From Halorutilales archaeon Cl-col2-1 (GTDB taxonomy: Archaea; Halobacteriota; Halobacteria; Halobacteriales; Afararchaeaceae), in assembly GCA_041891055.1 (NCBI GenBank), contig CP169074.1:1871031-1935030 (forward strand): DNA of 64,000 bases. Reading direction: 5' to 3'. Shown one piece after another: positions 60,509-64,000 of this stretch. The notes below the pieces were generated by a model that did no database searches, had not been told where the DNA came from, and saw only the letters and a list, made by a program, of their open reading frames with translations. Positions within the stretch are counted from its first letter, which is position 1. Each line of letters begins with the position of its first letter. Both the position numbers and the translations under genes were made by a program.

Positions 60509-62440
60509 ATGTTTTCCTCCCTTCCCCTAACAGTCTTACAGACGATTTTGCCTGCGGATCTTACGACCGATATGATCGTTGTCTTCTTAATCATCCTCGG
60601 GGCAATCGTCTTGTTCATCACAGAATGGCTTCCCATCGATGTGACTGCCATCTCTATTATGGTCACGCTAATTGTCCTCGAACCTTGGACTAACATTTCA
60701 CCGAGTGAGGGCATCTCTGGGTTCTCCAGTTCGGCGACAATAACTGTTCTGGCGATGTTAATCCTAAGCAGCGGTATCAGCCAAACCGGGCTCGTCCAGA
60801 TTATCGGGCGGAAAATTTCTTCGTTTGCTGGTGACAGCCTAACCAAGCAGCTGCTCGCAACTATCGGTGTAACAGGACCCACCTCAGGATTCATCAACAA
60901 CACGCCAGTAGTCGCTATTCTGGTTCCGGTCATCTCCGATGTCGCACATAAGGGCAAGACCTCGCCGTCAAAACTCCTAATCCCTCTGTCGTATGCCTCC
61001 CAGCTCGGAGGAATGCTTACCCTCATCGGCACCTCGACGAACATTCTCGCCAGCGACACCGCAGCACGTCTCTCTAGTGACTATCCTACACTCCATGCGT
61101 TCGACTTCTTCGAGTTCACTATTCTTGGTGTAATTATCTTTGTTACGGGCACGATCTATCTTCTCACTATCGGACACCGGCTCCTCCCTGAAAGAGTACC
61201 AGTAGAAGAAGACTATGTCGAAGAGTACGAGATTACCGATTACCTCGCGGAAGTAGTCGTTCGAGATAACTCACCACTGATCGGGAAAACCATTGAAGAG
61301 GCAATCGAAGAAGCAGATACAGACGCCACCATCCTCCAACTTATCCGCGATGGTGAACGTTTCACCGAACCATTAGAACGCAAACAGATACAAGCAAGCG
61401 ACACTTTACTCATTCGGGCGAGCAGAGACACGCTTGAGCAACTTGCTGATGCCGATAACCTCGACATTCAAGGTTCGGTTGATACAGACGAAGGACTCGA
61501 ACCCGACCAGACCGATGACCAGTCAGTCGTCGAGGTCGTCATCCCATCGAGATCATTTCTCGTCGGAGAGACGCTTACGAGTTCCAACTTTCGACAGCGG
61601 TATGATGCCAACGTCCTCGCACTCCGGAGCCGTGGTGAAATCATCCGCGACCGCATAGATAATATCAAAATTCAGGCAGGTAACACGCTCCTCGTCCAAG
61701 CCGAGTCCGACAGTATCGATCGGCTGGCACAGAACCGTGATTTTATCCTCGCTCACGAGCCGGATAAACCAGACTACCGAACTGACAAAATCCCACATGC
61801 AATCGCAATCATGATCGGCGTCGTCGGATTCGTCGCTGTCCCTTGGGATTTTCTCGCGAACACCTTCGTATCGCTGACTGGTATCGAGCAGTTCACGATG
61901 CTCGCTGGGGCACAACAAGACATTCTCGTGACTGCACTCGCTGGCGTCGTAGCCATGGTCATAAGCGGTGTACTCAAGCCCAACGAGCTGTATAACTCAG
62001 TCGACTGGGACGTTATTTTCCTTCTAGCGGGTGTGATTCCGTTGGGAATCGCGCTCGAACAGACTGGCGCGGCGACAGCCCTCGGTGATCTCGTTGCGAC
62101 CTCCGCAGAGTATCTCCCTGTAATACTCGTCCTGTGGCTGTTCTATATCGGAACAGGTCTCATCACCGAAGTCATCAGTAACAATGCCAGCGTTGTGCTG
62201 ATGATACCGGTTGCAGCTGCTGCGGCGACAGAAATCGGGACAAACCCATTTGCGTTCGTCCTCGCAGTGACGTTTGCGGCTTCAACCGCGTTCCTCGGTC
62301 CGGTCGGCTACCAGACGAACCTGTTCGTGTATGGTCCGGGTGGCTACAAGTTCACCGATTACTTCAGAGTCGGTGCACCGCTACAACTTCTACTTTCGAC
62401 AGTCACCGTAGTTGGAATCGCTTTTTTCTGGGGAATCTGA
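60509..62440 (+). CDS. SLC13/DASS-family permease with TrkA-C domains
   Basis: FINNTPVV, SPSKLLIPLSYAS.LGG.LTLIGTSTN, two TrkA-C repeats, SNNA, PVGYQTN, GGYKFTDY. Confidence 0.9.
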   Translation: MFSSLPLTVLQTILPADLTTDMIVVFLIILGAIVLFITEWLPIDVTAISIMVTLIVLEPWTNISPSEGISGFSSSATITVLAMLILSSGISQTGLVQIIGRKISSFAGDSLTKQLLATIGVTGPTSGFINNTPVVAILVPVISDVAHKGKTSPSKLLIPLSYASQLGGMLTLIGTSTNILASDTAARLSSDYPTLHAFDFFEFTILGVIIFVTGTIYLLTIGHRLLPERVPVEEDYVEEYEITDYLAEVVVRDNSPLIGKTIEEAIEEADTDATILQLIRDGERFTEPLERKQIQASDTLLIRASRDTLEQLADADNLDIQGSVDTDEGLEPDQTDDQSVVEVVIPSRSFLVGETLTSSNFRQRYDANVLALRSRGEIIRDRIDNIKIQAGNTLLVQAESDSIDRLAQNRDFILAHEPDKPDYRTDKIPHAIAIMIGVVGFVAVPWDFLANTFVSLTGIEQFTMLAGAQQDILVTALAGVVAMVISGVLKPNELYNSVDWDVIFLLAGVIPLGIALEQTGAATALGDLVATSAEYLPVILVLWLFYIGTGLITEVISNNASVVLMIPVAAAAATEIGTNPFAFVLAVTFAASTAFLGPVGYQTNLFVYGPGGYKFTDYFRVGAPLQLLLSTVTVVGIAFFWGI

Positions 62441-62463
62441 AGAAAAATCGGGAGTCCCACGTG

Positions 62464-62513
62464 GTGAACTACCCAACCCTACTCGCTCACGGCTAACGCC
62501 GTTCGCTCCTTGA
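62464..62513. mobile_element. IS200/IS605-type end fragment
   Basis: GTGAACTACCCAACCCTACTCGCTCACGGCTAACGCCGTTCGCTCCTTGA; shares GTGAACTACCC...CTCG...CTCCTTGA with 59104. Confidence 0.55.
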
Positions 62514-62564
62514 AACGCTTCTTGTCTACAGGCTAACTATAGCAAAAAGAAGTCAATCAGATAC

Positions 62565-63929
62565 TTATACCAAATCCGATAGACCAAACAAAGAGACGTC
62601 GTCTCTCGACTCGGCACACCGGAGGAGGTCATCTGTATATCCAGACCGGCTGAAAAGAACATACTGTGTCGAGGCGTCGGCTGGCTCTTCCGACCAACGA
62701 ACCTCCTCGGCAGTATTTTCTAACCCGAATAGAACACCCTCACTCACCGGTGAGGAAGTGAACTTACATTCTCCGGCGACGAGACCCTCTTTAGTGAGAC
62801 CAAGGACATCTATTTCATGTTCTTTGAACCACCACTGACCAACGTCGAGGAAACGTCTATCGAGAAGATCTGGGATCGCATTCTGACAGAGACGCTCGAA
62901 CAAGGGACTAACGTAGTCTGAGAACTCAGGTGCTACGATCTCCTTGAAGACATCGTCTTCCAACAGCTGTAGACGATCCTGGTTACCGTAGACAAAACGG
63001 AACCAGAACTTAAACAGAGGTGCTGAAAGACGGTATCTGCCTCTTTTCGATGAAGTCGGCGAAGCCGTCACAGGTATGTGACGTTCGACAAGTCGGAGAC
63101 GACGGAGCTTCTGTAAGTATGTACTCAGAGACGAAGAGTCAATACCAGCCATACCGGCTATTTCGTTGGGAGTACGTCGTCCGTGTGCAAGAGCCCTCAG
63201 TATGCTGAAGTACTTGTTCGGCTGGCGTAACTCGGTACGAAGCAGGAACTCCGGCTCTGAGTGCAACAGCCCTTGTTCTGAGAGGATAGTATCCTGGATG
63301 TTCTCCGACAGGTTCTTCTCCGGATCGACTGTCTGTAGATAATACGGAGTTCCTCCATAGACTGACCAAGTCTTCACCGTGTCCTCATCGTCGTAGTCTG
63401 GGAAAAAAGCCCGTGCTTTGTCGACAGCGAGAGGTTTGAGATCGGTGGTTGCCGTACGTCGACCGTACAGAGGACTGTTACCTGCCAAAACCTCGTCTTC
63501 CATGACACTGATAGACGACCCAACTAAGACGAGTGTCATCTCTGTATCCTGTAGCTGAGTGTCCCATACACGCTGGATACGAGAGGGTAATGAGCTGTCT
63601 TCCTCAAGTAGGAACGGGAACTCATCGATGATGACAACTGCGTCTTTCTGCCCGAGTGCTCCGAGAATAGCTTCCCAGTCGCGACGGACGTTCTCTATTT
63701 CCGGAAAGGTTCTTGTCGCTACGTCGACAAAGCTCTCAAGCTGGTTCTGCGCAGTGGACTCCACAGCTTGGTAGTAGACAGCGTCGTCTCTCTCAGAGAC
63801 GGACTGACGTACAAGTTCACTCTTTCCGAGACGTCTACGTCCGTATAGAACCATGAACTCAGAGTCTTCAGACTCATATAGGTCAACGAGAGTTCTGAGT
63901 TCCTCCTCTCGGTCGACGAATCCGTCCAT
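62565..63929 (-). CDS. archaeal ATPase (AAA/STAND) with wHTH and DUF234 nuclease-like C-terminus
   Basis: FVDREEEL, YGRRRLGKS, IIDEFP, GSS, LYGRRT, GGTPYYL, FWFRFV, EIDV...GECKF. Confidence 0.9.
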   Translation of the reverse strand: MDGFVDREEELRTLVDLYESEDSEFMVLYGRRRLGKSELVRQSVSERDDAVYYQAVESTAQNQLESFVDVATRTFPEIENVRRDWEAILGALGQKDAVVIIDEFPFLLEEDSSLPSRIQRVWDTQLQDTEMTLVLVGSSISVMEDEVLAGNSPLYGRRTATTDLKPLAVDKARAFFPDYDDEDTVKTWSVYGGTPYYLQTVDPEKNLSENIQDTILSEQGLLHSEPEFLLRTELRQPNKYFSILRALAHGRRTPNEIAGMAGIDSSSLSTYLQKLRRLRLVERHIPVTASPTSSKRGRYRLSAPLFKFWFRFVYGNQDRLQLLEDDVFKEIVAPEFSDYVSPLFERLCQNAIPDLLDRRFLDVGQWWFKEHEIDVLGLTKEGLVAGECKFTSSPVSEGVLFGLENTAEEVRWSEEPADASTQYVLFSRSGYTDDLLRCAESRDDVSLFGLSDLV

Positions 63930-64000
63930 ACTTGATGATACTCTTACGACTTATTATCTCTTCGGATTTAGAAATTAGGATTTCTGAAATGTAGATTTCT

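Overview
64 kb of a compact halophilic archaeal chromosome. The proteome is very acidic, ATA/AGA codons are common, RpoB and RpoA are split, and RpoA' is short (884 aa). Together these suggest a deep-branching Halobacteria lineage such as Halorutilales (inference). Most of the window is housekeeping: ilvA, gatB, a GTPBP1-like GTPase, sucCD, rpl39e-rpl31e-eIF6-pfdA-ftsY, rpoH-B''-B'-A'-A'', a PGF-CTERM S-layer glycoprotein, chlID-cobN-cbiC-cbiE, rpl11, PINA, hemE, rtcA, thiC/thiR, pps, alanine and glutamate dehydrogenases and three tRNAs. It ends in a small accessory patch with an IS200/IS605 remnant, an SLC13 permease and an archaeal ATPase. The main unexplained signal is a family of ~48-51 nt double-hairpin insertion elements (7 copies). 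Their flanks and linker are similar, their stems differ in sequence but pair perfectly, and they carry short target duplications. One replaced the C-terminus of RNA polymerase subunit A'', one added 16 aa in frame to ThiR, two hit a tnpB gene, and one sits inside another. A second pattern is that each of the three tRNAs is followed by an inverted copy of its own T-arm and then a direct copy of its own 3' end.
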